A stretch of DNA of 64,000 bases from Camelus ferus (taxonomy: Eukaryota). Every line of letters starts with the position of its first letter. Within the stretch, counting starts at the first letter, position 1. Under the pieces are notes generated by a model that was not told the origin of the DNA, did no database searches, and worked only from the letters and a program-made list of their open reading frames with translations. A program made the translations under genes and the position numbers. Below are positions 1 to 11,260 of the stretch, piece after piece. The stretch spans positions 57,104,001-57,168,000 of the forward strand of contig NC_045707.1 of the NCBI RefSeq assembly GCF_009834535.1, in the 5' to 3' direction.

Positions 1-1144
1 TGCTGTCATTCTCTGATCTTGCACAGCTTTCTGGAATTGATTCTTGTCTTGAGTTGGTTTGCTCTGCTTGAAGTTTACTTTGCTTTCATTAGACCATACT
101 CTTTTGTAAACTGCTAATGCATGAACTCATGGCACTTTATTCACATTAAAAAAAATAATTTAAAATACCCCCCCAAAGGACAAATTTGGCTAATGTCCAC
201 ATCTAGGAAGAAAAATAAACATCTGCATGATTTGTGTTTCTTTACTCTTCTATTTGCCAAGTAAATAATTTGTTTAGAAGTTGAATTTGGACTAAAGGTC
301 CTTAGTAAATGGAAATTAACTCCACTGCCACCCTACATGTTCGAATATTGCAAGTTCTATATTTCATCTTAGAAACTCAGACTCATCAGATATTTTCACC
401 TCTGACCAAGGCAGAAGGCCTTAAATAAACAAGCACAACTATGAGAAGAGAACTAAACAAACACAAAACCAACAGTAATTTCCCAACTAGTATTTCCTTC
501 TGTGGACATTAGACTTGTGTTATATACGTCACAAAGGAAAACAGCCATTCTGGAGGAGAGACAACTTTGAGATGGCAGTCACTAAGTTATTTCTGTTTGG
601 TAGGCATTAAGCAAAAAAGTCCCACTCTCTTTACTGAGACAGTCACCTAGAATCATTCTTTCTTTTCACGGTGATATTGTCATGGCATTTATACTTGTCA
701 TGGTTCCAATATAAACCATGATTTTTGATCTACATTTCTTCTAATTTGTTAATATTATTAACACGTTAGCAAAATTCATGAGGAGTTCAACACGATTAAA
801 ATGAGTGTAGAAGCTTTTCAATATTGGAGGGGGAAAAATCCATCATAACGAATTCTCGAAGAGCAATCTTTGCTTCAAAAACAGAGCACCCAGGGGAGCT
901 GTTCTTGCTACAGATTTCATCCAAGGAGGAATGTACAACTTGAAAGCTCAGTTGAATCACACTGGAATAAATTTTCATTAGTAACTTGGTCTAGAGAAAA
1001 GGAAGACGAGTGGCTTCTATCTGAGAGAAAGAAGGTCTTTTAATACGTTTAGATCCCTTTCTGCAGGGAAAAAGAAATCTTTCTCATATGAAATTTTGTA
1101 CTCAATCATCCGAGTCCCTCTAAAGCCCTTTTCTCCGTTTGCAG

Positions 1145-1203
1145 TTGCCTCATCAAGACTGCAGAGGTTAGACAGCTCCACTGTTCGCACATACTCATGT
1201 TGA
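1145..1203 (+). CDS. PPFIA2: Last coding exon of liprin-alpha-2 (partial gene; upstream exons lie outside the window)
   Basis: Acceptor ttttctccgtttgcag at 1129-1144; phase-1 reading gives (V)ASSRLQRLDSSTVRTYSC then TGA at 1201-1203. This matches the liprin-alpha C-terminus with the VRTYSC PDZ ligand. The exon continues as UTR to 1236, followed by donor GTGAGT at 1237. The tail-to-tail position next to ACSS3 fits known mammalian synteny. Confidence 0.95.
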
Positions 1204-3637
1204 CAAGGCACTCAAAGGAGGCAGCACTGACTTGCTGTGAGTAGCTTTCCTTGGCTGACAAAATACAAACCGCCAAAAAAATGGAACCTCCGTAGACTAG
1301 TAATATACACGAGACTTTTTGGGATGGCCTAGCAGTACAGAGTGAGATAACCCCTTTGAATTGCTCGAGGGTGGAAAGGAATCTATATTGTAACTCTTCA
1401 TCTAGGATTTCCTGATCACCGTCTGTCTGCTCTGGTTTAAGGTCTGTTGGAGGCCTGTCACTATCTTATTACACGTCAACAGGCTGCTACCACGCTGGCC
1501 TCTACTTTTTAGTAGCATTTTATATTGATGCACATAGCATTTTATTGATGAGAGTTTGGCACTTACAGAGTAATACACTTTTAGGTGAGTATTCTATGTA
1601 GGGGAAGCTGAAATAGGCAGACAGAATTCTAGCAGGTACACAGAGTCAAATAGTGGCAGAGACAGGAAAATGATTTGGAAATGATTTCATATGAAAATCA
1701 AAAGTATAACTGAAAAGTCTGAGCTATTAGTATGTTGTTTTTCATCAATGTGATTTATATTTGTTGAAAATGAAAAAGAATTCTAAGTATTATGGCATAA
1801 GAACAAAGTGAAATCACTTTATAAAAATGGCAGACAGAACTAACAAAACCTTGCTGTATAATCATAAGATATAAGGCATTTGCATTTAGAAAAATATTAA
1901 TTGATGGAATCTACTTCCAAATCCGTATGAAAATGGAGTTTTGTTGAAAAACAGTGTTAGTAAAACTGTTGTTTTCCTAGATTATAAATGTTAAGAACTC
2001 ATAAAAAAAATTTTTTTAACCCAAGACTGTGCTTTACCAAAATATTCTAACATTTATGACAAATTAATATTTTGGAAAAAAAAGACACTCTTTAGAGCAA
2101 TATTTAAAACCAAATGTGTGCACAGGGATGGAGAGAGGAACAGCTCATCTTGTGCTGTTTATTCATTGCCTTGAACTAAAAGCTCCACACAGTTTATGGA
2201 TGGTCTTTGTACCCTCATACAGGAGCTGATACGCTGCCTTATTTGGGTCACTATATGAAGCTGCTGCTGATACAACAAAAAGCTTTCAGATAAGAGATTT
2301 CATCTCAGAATGTAAAATCCTAACATTAAAATTTTAATTATGGTATATGATTCGGCATCTCATTAGGCGTAATCTAAAAGTATGTAATAATTTGGCTAAA
2401 TAAGAGGCTTTCCAAAATTCTGTTTGTAATAGCTGCTACACATGACATGATAATTTCCCAGGAACTGAATACTTCACTAAGTTACAGATGACTATTTAAT
2501 ATTTTGAGTAGTGCTTGCTTCTTAGCTCTTGACTGATGGGTAGAATGACTCTTTTAACTATTTGCAATCTGTATTTTGTGCATGGCATTCTAGTTCCTAT
2601 TTTCTAATTTTTACCATTAAATGGGATATAGGTATTTATTTCCAGTAAGTTAATATGGGACAACAAAGTTATATTTTGATGAAACACTAGCACTTTTTTC
2701 AATTAAAATAATTCAGAACACATTATTTATGATTTCTCTTGTATCAGGATACTAATTGCGATCTTTCCATAAGTGTATTTATTATGACTGGAAGGAATCA
2801 GTGACACCACATCACTGACCCAAATTCTTTATGTTATGATTATCATTATGTTTTTGTCACAATTAAATAAAGGTATCTCTTGAAGAGCTCTAAAATATAT
2901 GAATTAGAATACAAATCTATTCCATGGAATAGGTCAACTCAACTCATTTGAGCAAGCTGGACATTTTTCAGAAGGACTGCTGACATTTTCTGTGAATATC
3001 TATCTGTGTTTATATCACTGCCACACTTTCCTTGACAAAATTGAGCAAATCTTATCTATGAAGCTCGCCTGCACAAAATTGGAGAAGAGCAAATGTTAAT
3101 TACATAGAGCTATTGGTTAGACCCGAGATGATCTCCTCCTCATTGTCTGTTGGGACAGAAGTAGGCAGGATGCATGGAGGTGCACCAGGACTAGCAGAGG
3201 GAGATTTTCCTGTCTGAACCTTTCAGTCAACTAATGCTGTCCGTTACGTATTTTAGATGTCGTCTTTTCAGTCTACTCTACCTAAAGTGCACTACCGTCC
3301 AAGAAGACAAGCAGTGAAAACCTTTGTGAAGACTGAATTCTAAGGAAATAACCACAACTCATGGTTCATTTAAGCTGAAAATGTGATTTGGGGGTGGGGG
3401 GGAGTCAGATATTAAGTTTGATTAGTTTACTACAATTGTAAGAAAATACTTAAGTCATTTGGATAATAAGCACCATCCACATCATAAATTCTGTACAACA
3501 GATGCTTTTATGAAATGGAGCCACGCGTTTTACATGTTTTATTGTAATATACTAGGCATTTATGTATTACTGTGTATGTATTTCTTTTTAAATGTGTAAG
3601 TCTTATGTAAATGGATATAAATATGATTTTTTAAAGA

Positions 3638-3643
3638 AATAAA
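3638..3643 (+). terminator. Candidate proximal polyadenylation signal of PPFIA2
   Basis: AATAAA with several upstream TGTA motifs (about 3543-3610) and GT/T-rich sequence downstream (tgtttgtatttt near 3694). Confidence 0.55.
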
Positions 3644-4637
3644 ATATATAGTTCATGAAGTCTTGAGTGCAAACATTTGACAATTCCAAGTACTGTTTGT
3701 ATTTTACCATTCCACCATTTTTACAGTTTTTGAATTGTAACAGTCAAATTGATGTTTCCAGGAAGCATGTCTTATGCTTCCACATGTTTCTCCTTCAAGT
3801 CTGTCAATCCTTAAAGCTGAAAACCTGCCTCTGATCATGTAAAAAAGAATGATTTAACCTGGAACTGGAGCCAAAAATAGACCTTTAAAGGCAATCAGGG
3901 ATGTCCTATATCTTCAGAAATAGCACTGTGATGGCTCGATCTCCTTTTCAATACAGAACAAAGCCAAACTGTTTACAAGTCAAAAGCAATTATTAAAAAA
4001 GAATTTATAAAGAAAAAAAATATTATCTTCTCTTGTTACCTGTGGACTAAAGGAAAAAAAAAAACTTCTTTACTAAAAACGACATGTCCATCCAAACATC
4101 TTGAACCGCCAGCCAGCACTGTTCAGTGAATATCAACCACTGCAGAGTCTGAGGTCATTTCCACTGGGAAAAAAAAAAAAAAAAAAAAACCCAGAAACCC
4201 TTCCCTTTTGTCAGTGTAACAGGGCATTAGCCAGACTCATGTCTAACGTTATATGCTTTTAGCTGAGAAGGCCTTGTGACTTCCCTGAAGTCAGTCTTAT
4301 CAGAGGAAATAGAAGAAAGACAGAATGATCAACATATATAATGTACAAAAATATAGAGGAGTAATCTCTTCCCTGTGGCTTTATTTGGTGGTGTTACTGT
4401 TGTTTATTCTTTGTTTATATGGGAGACTTAAAGGAAAACCTATTTAATAATAACAACATTTATCTAACTGCTGATTTTCTGCTGGTTGATCTTATTAAGC
4501 GCAAGACCTGTCACTAGTAATTCCTTTTTTGTATTTAATTTGCTATGTTTGCACGTACATTACATTTGTTTTTGATGTCGATTTTTGTTTAACAGATTCA
4601 GTCAAAGGTAATGGTAACAGAAACCTTCTCCATTGTC

Positions 4638-4643
4638 AATAAA
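4638..4643 (+). terminator. Candidate distal polyadenylation signal of PPFIA2
   Basis: AATAAA followed about 20-40 nt later by GT/T-rich ttctctgtttaagctttgttttc. Confidence 0.6.
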
Positions 4644-5403
4644 AAAAAAGATACTTACAGTTCTCTGTTTAAGCTTTGTTTTCTAGTCACATCCAGTTTA
4701 AAAATTACTTAAACTATAATGAAAATCATGCCTTTAGTGATTCTCAATCTAATATTTGTCTTCAAAAGTGAGTCTGCCTCAAGAGGGAGCACTAAACTTG
4801 CTTATAAGAGTGATTTTAAAGTTTCTAAAAATGTTGCCTGATTAGAAGCAATGGGAAAGAGCTTTACTTACAGAAATGAAATTAATATAAAACAATGGTG
4901 TCATCATAATACAAAATAGATTTACATCTACTGTTATGCACAAATTAATTGCAGAAACAGTGCTTCTCCTTTAGAGATCACCTAGTAAGAAACAGTAATC
5001 TTTTCTACTAGACTCTAACACATAGGGATATAAAAGATCCAGCTAGTTGCCTCAAAGACCATAAAATATTTTTCAATGTATAAGATCATTTCTGCCACAT
5101 TCTAATATCCATTTAATGGATTAAGCTTAGAACCTTGGTTTTTCTTCCTTTTGACCCTCTATCAGCCTTATGCATTTTCATATTTTTATAAATCAGAGAC
5201 TTTACAAATATAATTTTCTATAAATAAGACTGTTTTTAAATGTAAAGCAGTTCTCATTTGTATATATTTAATGCATTTTCACAAGCAAAACAACTCAATT
5301 AATTGGCAACTTTTCTATAGATTTGAAAATATTTATATTTTAATTTTTCCAATATCTTACAGTAAAACATTCTATGAAAATACTGTAAGAAGAACTTGCA
5401 GAA

Positions 5404-5540
5404 TTTATTTCAGCAAATTTAGCAAGATTACATTTTAGTAACATTGTTATTTTTAAAGACACATATAATTCAAAATATGTTAAGTACCACCAAGTGAAAG
5501 TGTTTTATGGTAAGTATTAAAATAGAAAATTCTTTTTATT
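5404..5540 (-). terminator. Candidate polyadenylation signals for ACSS3 (minus-strand AATAAA at 5535-5540 and 5404-5409)
   Basis: TTTATT on the + strand about 2 kb downstream of the ACSS3 stop. The region is very AT-rich, so usage cannot be established from sequence. Confidence 0.3.
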
Positions 5541-7489
5541 TTCCTTCAAAAATTTAAGCAATCTGATGACTTGACTGTGTCTTTCTTGCTCCACATTTAC
5601 TCTTATGAGAGTAACAGTACTCTCTCTGACCCTGCAAAGGAGATCGATTTCCTCAGCCAGATACAGGAAAACGCCACTTCCCCAGGCTTGTGCACTGTTT
5701 TCCAGTCCTACTCAGCTAGAAAATAACTCAAGCCTGCTTGCTCAAGAGTCCCTTCAGATTTGATTACCAGGAAAAATGTGCAAGAGGATCAAAGAGGTAA
5801 AAACCTTTACACAATTCTTGGATCTGCCTGAGTTTATACTTTGCAAATGAACAATGATACACATTCAGCTAAAGAATCTACCATGTCAAGTTAACTGAAT
5901 TTTAAATGAAAAAAAAAAAATGCTAAGACATTAAAAAATGTATTATTTCTTAAGATTACAATTGTGATAATGGATAAAATGTACCCAAAAGAAGAGAGAG
6001 TTTAAGGAATGCCACAGCTTCAAATTTTAAGTTGAAAGTCTATCTAAATGGTCTAACTCAGGCTACTAAAATAATTAAAGGGAACAACTAGATGAATATA
6101 TTTTTCAGGTGTAATAATCAAAAAGTCAATTTAAGCAAATAACATTGTAATTTGAGAAGCCAGTTATTTTATAGCCTACAGTTCAAAAGAACCTAACATT
6201 TTCAGAATGTCTTTATACAAGTTGTCAGCAATTTTTATGAAACAAGTAAGTAAATAAGCTCTTATCTATTATGTCTCATACATCTTTCATGCACCCAGAC
6301 TATTATATTAGGAGAGTTGCTCTTAAAAATAATGTTCCTGATGGACTGAAAGAGGATTACTTTGAGAACCATCAAGGACTCAGTGAGTATGGTATATTTT
6401 TGTTTAAATGCATTCTTTGATAACTGATATCATGTAGACCCTTAAGTAAGTCAAATTTATATCTGTATCTACTCTTTTAATTGGCACATTACCATAAGCT
6501 CATTAACAAAGACTCATTTTCAGTTATTATTTTTTAATGCTCAATAGTTTCATAGACGTTTACATGAAAAGATGTGCTTGGATGGGACAATTTTTTTAGC
6601 AAGTTATTTAAAAATTAGAGATTTCACATAACATTTGGATTTTTGGTTTCTCTTAAAACACTTCCTGGTCTTTAGCATTATGTAAAAATGTTGACATTTC
6701 TTTCTTAGGAGGTTTCCTTGCCAGTGTACCCATGTCTACATCATTCCCTTTCCAAAAGAAGCTGGAATCATTAAGAAGTACACAGTCAACTAAGAACCTG
6801 ACAAGGGAGGGGCTCCAAGGAGCCCTCATCTCTCTGACGAGATTGGATTAACTGACTTCTAGGCTCTCTGTCAGGCAAGTTGATTTCCCTTGAATAAGTA
6901 ACAAAAAGACAAAAGAGGGCTGAACTCTGGTACCCAGGCTTCCCTCAGGAAATGTGTGACTAAACTAGATTTTCCTATCTAGGAAATCATGTCTAGATGA
7001 TTACCTAAAACTTCCCATTTCATTCATTTCATTTAAATAACCATGCATGTGGGCATCTCAAGAATATTAGAAACTATTAGAATTTCTATAAGAAAATTGA
7101 CTCAACTTGAGTTTTAGATTTTGGTCAAAGCTGCATGCAGAGTCCTAATTTCAAGGAAGTGGCTTGATATTAGTGTCATTTTCAATTAAAATATTTTGGG
7201 GGGGATACAGTTTTTTAAAATCATACCTTGGATATATCTTTCTTAAACTGAAGTGCTGGAAAACCTGTAATGAGTCATGTTACCGGCAACTGGTAATGGT
7301 GCTAATTGGTCTAATCAAATACAAGGCACAGGTCTCTTACCAGTCTTCAAGTAGATTTTTCTTAGACCAAGCTTTACAATTCACAGTTTGCAAGTAATTT
7401 CTATGTAAATAATGATTTCTGGGAAATAATTCCAAAAACTTGACTCTAATTAGAAAAGTGACTCAAAAAAAAGAAAAAAAACAAAGAAG

Positions 7490-7558
7490 TCATGATGCCT
7501 GCTTCAGTACTTCTTCTATGTACCCAAAAATGCTGGGGTCTTCAATTGTAGGAGTCAC
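7490..7558 (-). CDS. ACSS3: ACSS3 last coding exon (exon 16)
   Basis: Acceptor tcttctttccag; phase 0; VTPTIEDPSIFGYIEEVLKQAS then TGA (7492-7490). Confidence 0.95.
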   Translation of the reverse strand: MTPTIEDPSIFGYIEEVLKQAS

Positions 7559-8409
7559 CTGGAAAGAAGATTAAGAGTCAGATGAAGGCTCTTCCTTGAA
7601 CCCCTTCTACTCTTCTATACAATTAAACAATTATGTGCAATCTTGTTTTCCCCATATCTTATCATACTCATCGAGAAATGTTCAAAAATAGGGAACTTTG
7701 AACTTTAAATTTTAAAATGTATCTATAGAAAAGAAATGGTTCAGTTAGCAAAACTATTGGTCCTAGGTGGTACTTTCTCTTATGGGTCTTTCAATATGCT
7801 GATTCTGTCGAAAGAATTTTCTTTTTTGCATTTGCTCATACAACTACTCTTTACTGTTCGTTACATCACTGTTTATTAGATCTTGATGATTAAAAATATG
7901 TACATCTATGCACGTGTAATGTGCGCAAAATTGAAAGAATGCATATGCTTGAATTTCCTAAAATACTTTTCACTCAAAACAAGAAATATAATGAGTATAT
8001 ACATCCATTGCCACCTTTAAAATATCTATAGCAGCCTCAACTTTTTGCTTTCTCACTAATAGTCACTAATGACTGCAATGAAGGGAAATTTATCTTTAAT
8101 TTAATAAGATTGAGTTTCCACAAGTTTGTTTGAATTTAACTGACATGTTTACTAATAGTAATATATTTTCACAAAAGGGTTCTTAACATTAAAACACACA
8201 GTCTTAATCTGTGTTTCTCTCCAAAACCCTCATACCTACACAGAGGATGGGTATGCAATTTCCCCCTTAACATTAAAAAAAAAAGTACTATTACGTGTTT
8301 GTTAGGGATATAATTCATGCTTGAGAACTATTTTTAAGAGCTTTGTTGATGCCAAAGAAATAGGGGAAAACACTTCAGAACCGAGCATTAAATATCCTTG
8401 ATAATTTAC

Positions 8410-8585
8410 CTCATAGGGCTTGCCATTGACAAGGTCAGACAGAGCTGAGCGGGGAATTTTGCCAGATCTGGTTTTGGGTAACTGTTTGACAAACACCACC
8501 TTTCGAAAAGCAGCCACGGGTCCAATGGTCTGTCTAACGTGTTTCACAATTTCTTCTACAACTTGTTCCTCTGTTGTGTTTAAAT
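8410..8585 (-). CDS. ACSS3: ACSS3 exon 15
   Basis: 176 nt, ctccctag / gtaaat. Encodes (D)LNTTEEQVVEEIVKHVRQTIGPVAAFRKVVFVKQLPKTRSGKIPRSALSDLVNGKPYE, containing the adenylate-forming enzyme A10 motif PKTRSGKI with the catalytic lysine. Confidence 0.97.
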
Positions 8586-8667
8586 CTAGGGAGAAAGTTC
8601 AGATGGTAAGCTCTGAATTGACCTGAATCACTCAGGGCCCAAACAGGGAGGACCAGAGATCGCTCAC

Positions 8668-8767
8668 CTTTTTTCAACACGCAGAGTGCTAACGGGACAT
8701 GACCTTTTAAAGGATCTTCCTTGCCAACAACGGCACAGTCAGCCACAGTGCCGTGGGAAAGAACAGA
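8668..8767 (-). CDS. ACSS3: ACSS3 exon 14
   Basis: 100 nt, tttttcattacag / gtgagc. SVLSHGTVADCAVVGKEDPLKGHVPLALCVLKK plus 1 nt; phase matches both neighbours. Confidence 0.97.
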
Positions 8768-9636
8768 CTGTAATGAAAAAAATTCACTTAGAATATATGT
8801 GAAAAATATATATATATATGTATGAATATATACACACAGTATATATAATTTCAATTGGGAGAAAAAGTCCATGTCAGAGAACTCAAAAACCAATAGCTGC
8901 CTGTGTGAAAATTACTACCACCTCACCGTTCACATCATTATCACTGAGGTAAATGGCTGGGCTCCCCGTGGTGGTCACTCACTAAGGGCTGACAGTAATT
9001 AAGACCAATTGCTTAGCTTACCTGGAAAGCAAGGGAATTGTTTCTTCATCTCAATTGTTTATTAATGAAGTCAAGGAAAATAAGCAGTGGATACCACTTG
9101 GAAATCACCCACAAGGGAACTTCTGAAAACAGTGATGTGGCCTTAGTGCTGGCTACCGTAAGGATACCCTACAGAGGAACCCAAGGCAGCCCCACCAATA
9201 AATAGTGATTTTACTTCTGCCTCTGTTCCTGAGCAATGAACAGAACACACAGCTTTTCCTGAGTGACTGCCCATCCAGAGAGGATTTTCCACAACATGGA
9301 GAAGAGGCTGGACACGAAGTGAAGCCCAGATATCAGACAATCACCACAGTTGAGGAACCATTTTCATATTGTTCACCCTAAGCTCTAAATGTCTTAAGAG
9401 CAAAGCAGCTTTCTGTCTGGAATCATAGAACCTACCGACTTGAATAACCACGTGAAATACAGAAGCTTAGAATTAAAAAAAATTCTGCTGTGATGAAACT
9501 TTTAAAAATGAATGTTAAAACGGTTCTTTTCTGAGAGATTAATATATATGTCAGTGACTCCAAACCCCTAACAGCTGGGGAAGACAGTGAGCAAACTTGT
9601 AACCAAGAACTAGCTTGACAGTCCGCATCCTTTCTT

Positions 9637-11260
9637 CCATTCATTCATTCAACAAACACTAAATACTTCCTATCTTCCAACCTCCTTTATTGCCCTAGGC
9701 TCCAGCGGTGAGCAAAAATAGTCTGAGTATTGCCTCATGGTGCTTACAGTCTAGTGGGGGAGGGCAATATTAATAATAATGAATATTTAACTAGAATGGA
9801 TGTTTAAATACACAAGCAGTGCAGGCTCTGGGGAAATAACTTGGATTTTTAAATGAGAGATTTAGCAAAAGCAACAAACTTGGCAGCAGAAGAATATGGG
9901 TCTCAGAGAAGCCTGCCTTTAGGAAGTGATGGTGAGCACAGGCGTAAAGGCTGCATAGACACTGATTAAGCGAGGACGAGGGGCAAAGCAAAAGCCCCGT
10001 GGAGAGACTGGGCAGGTACCACTCAAGTCAAAGAGAGACCACTGTGGCTTGGAAAGCAGAGAGCAAGGGTGAGAATGGTGCAAGAGGCAATGAGGCTACA
10101 GAGGGAGAGAAGGGCTGCGCTCGGGACATCCGACTCTTACTTTAGCAGCACTGGGAAGGCAACAAAGCACTTTCAGGAAGTAAAGAGCGATGCATCATCA
10201 GAATGGATTTTTTAAATAAACTTACTTCTCAGAGTGGTTTTAGATTCACCAGAAAACTGAGCGGAGAACACAGAGTTCCCATACACCTCCTGCCCCCATT
10301 TACACACAGCCTGCACACCATCAAAATCCCTCACCGAGTGGGGTCATTGTTAGGACTGAAAAACCAGCACTGACATAGAATCCTCACCCTAGTCCACAGT
10401 TTACATTAGACTTTACTCTTGGTGTTGTACAAGCTTTGGGTTTTATGCCACATAGCCATGATTATTGTATTTTACAGAATAGTTCCACTGCTCAAAAAAT
10501 CCCTTGTACTCTGCCTGTTCATCCGTCACTTCCAGATAACTCCCGACAACCACTGATTTTTTTTTTTTTACTGTCTCCAAAGTTCTTTTCCAGAATGTTA
10601 ACATAGTTGACATCATACAGTATGCAGCCTTTACAGATTGACTTCTTCCACTGAAGAATGGATTTTGAAAAGCATAAACTTACTTTCGTCTCAGTGTGAC
10701 GATTAGAGGATTGCTGAAGCTGGGTGTCACAGTTTACGCAGGGAGACCACCTGAGAGGCTATGATAGTAGACTAAGGTATGGTAGTGGGTATAAAAAGAT
10801 CCCAGTTTCTTTAGAGGTAAAATGAAAATTTGATGATAAATTAGATATGAAGCAAGAAGTCAGAAGAGTTAAAGATCCCTGTGGTTCTTGGCTTGAGTAG
10901 GTTATTGGATAGTGGTGTCATTTTCTAAGCCAGAAAATGTGATTGTGGGCTAGGCTTGGGAGGAAGGATCATGTGTTACATCTTGGAGCTATTCCATTGA
11001 CGTCCCTTTTACACATCCCAGTTGAGGCACTTGGATCTGAGGAGAGTCTTACTTTGGAGATGTGTATTTGAATGTCACTGATGTACAGAAGATAGTGAAA
11101 GCTATGGACATGGATGAAATTATTTAGGGAGAAAGACAAGAGAAGGAAAGGTAAAAGCCATAAAGAACTCCAACATCTAATGACCATATGAAAAAGGAAC
11201 AGCTGACAAACTCAACCAAAAAGGCACAGCCAGAGAGGGAGGAGAAAAACAGAATTTGAA
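9637..11260 (-). mobile_element. Degenerate LINE-2 fragment, interrupted by an L1 3' fragment
   Basis: Begins with the L2 3' tail cattcattcattcaacaaaca, followed by purine-rich L2-type sequence that resumes after 10666. Confidence 0.7.
10212..10654 (-). mobile_element. 5'-truncated old L1 (L1MC-like) 3' end
   Basis: Antisense L1 3'UTR motifs (gttttagattcaccagaaaactgagcgg...agagttcccata; catcatacagtatgcagcctttacagattgacttcttccact); flanked by the direct repeat AGAATGGATTTT. Confidence 0.8.

Larger units (their letters stand above)
3257..4665 (+). other. PPFIA2: Terminal 3'UTR exon of PPFIA2 (3' end approximate)
   Basis: Acceptor tattttag ends at 3256, followed by ATGTCGTCTTTTCAGTCTACTCTACCTAAAGTGCACTAC, which I recognise as resembling the PPFIA2 3'UTR. 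AU-rich, no recognisable transposon; AATAAA at 3638 and 4638. Confidence 0.8.

Noticed and set aside
914..981. Possible alternative PPFIA2 terminal exon after ttcttgctacag reading (D)FIQGGMYNLKAQLNHTGINFH*
   Set aside because: Modest polypyrimidine tract, no recognisable homology; such short frames are expected by chance.
1513..1550. Short tandem duplications (tagcatttt(at)attgatg here; similar at about 13841, 27019 and 27755)
   Set aside because: Two-copy slippage duplications with no spacer structure; not an array or CRISPR.
6810..6825. GGGCTC-4nt-GAGCCC hairpin in the ACSS3 3'UTR
   Set aside because: A 6-bp stem is expected by chance; no match to an element I recognise (IRE, SECIS, histone stem-loop).
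8302..8893. Track ORFs 8302-8547 and 8534-8893 as separate genes
   Set aside because: They are ACSS3 exons 15 and 14 read through into intron sequence.
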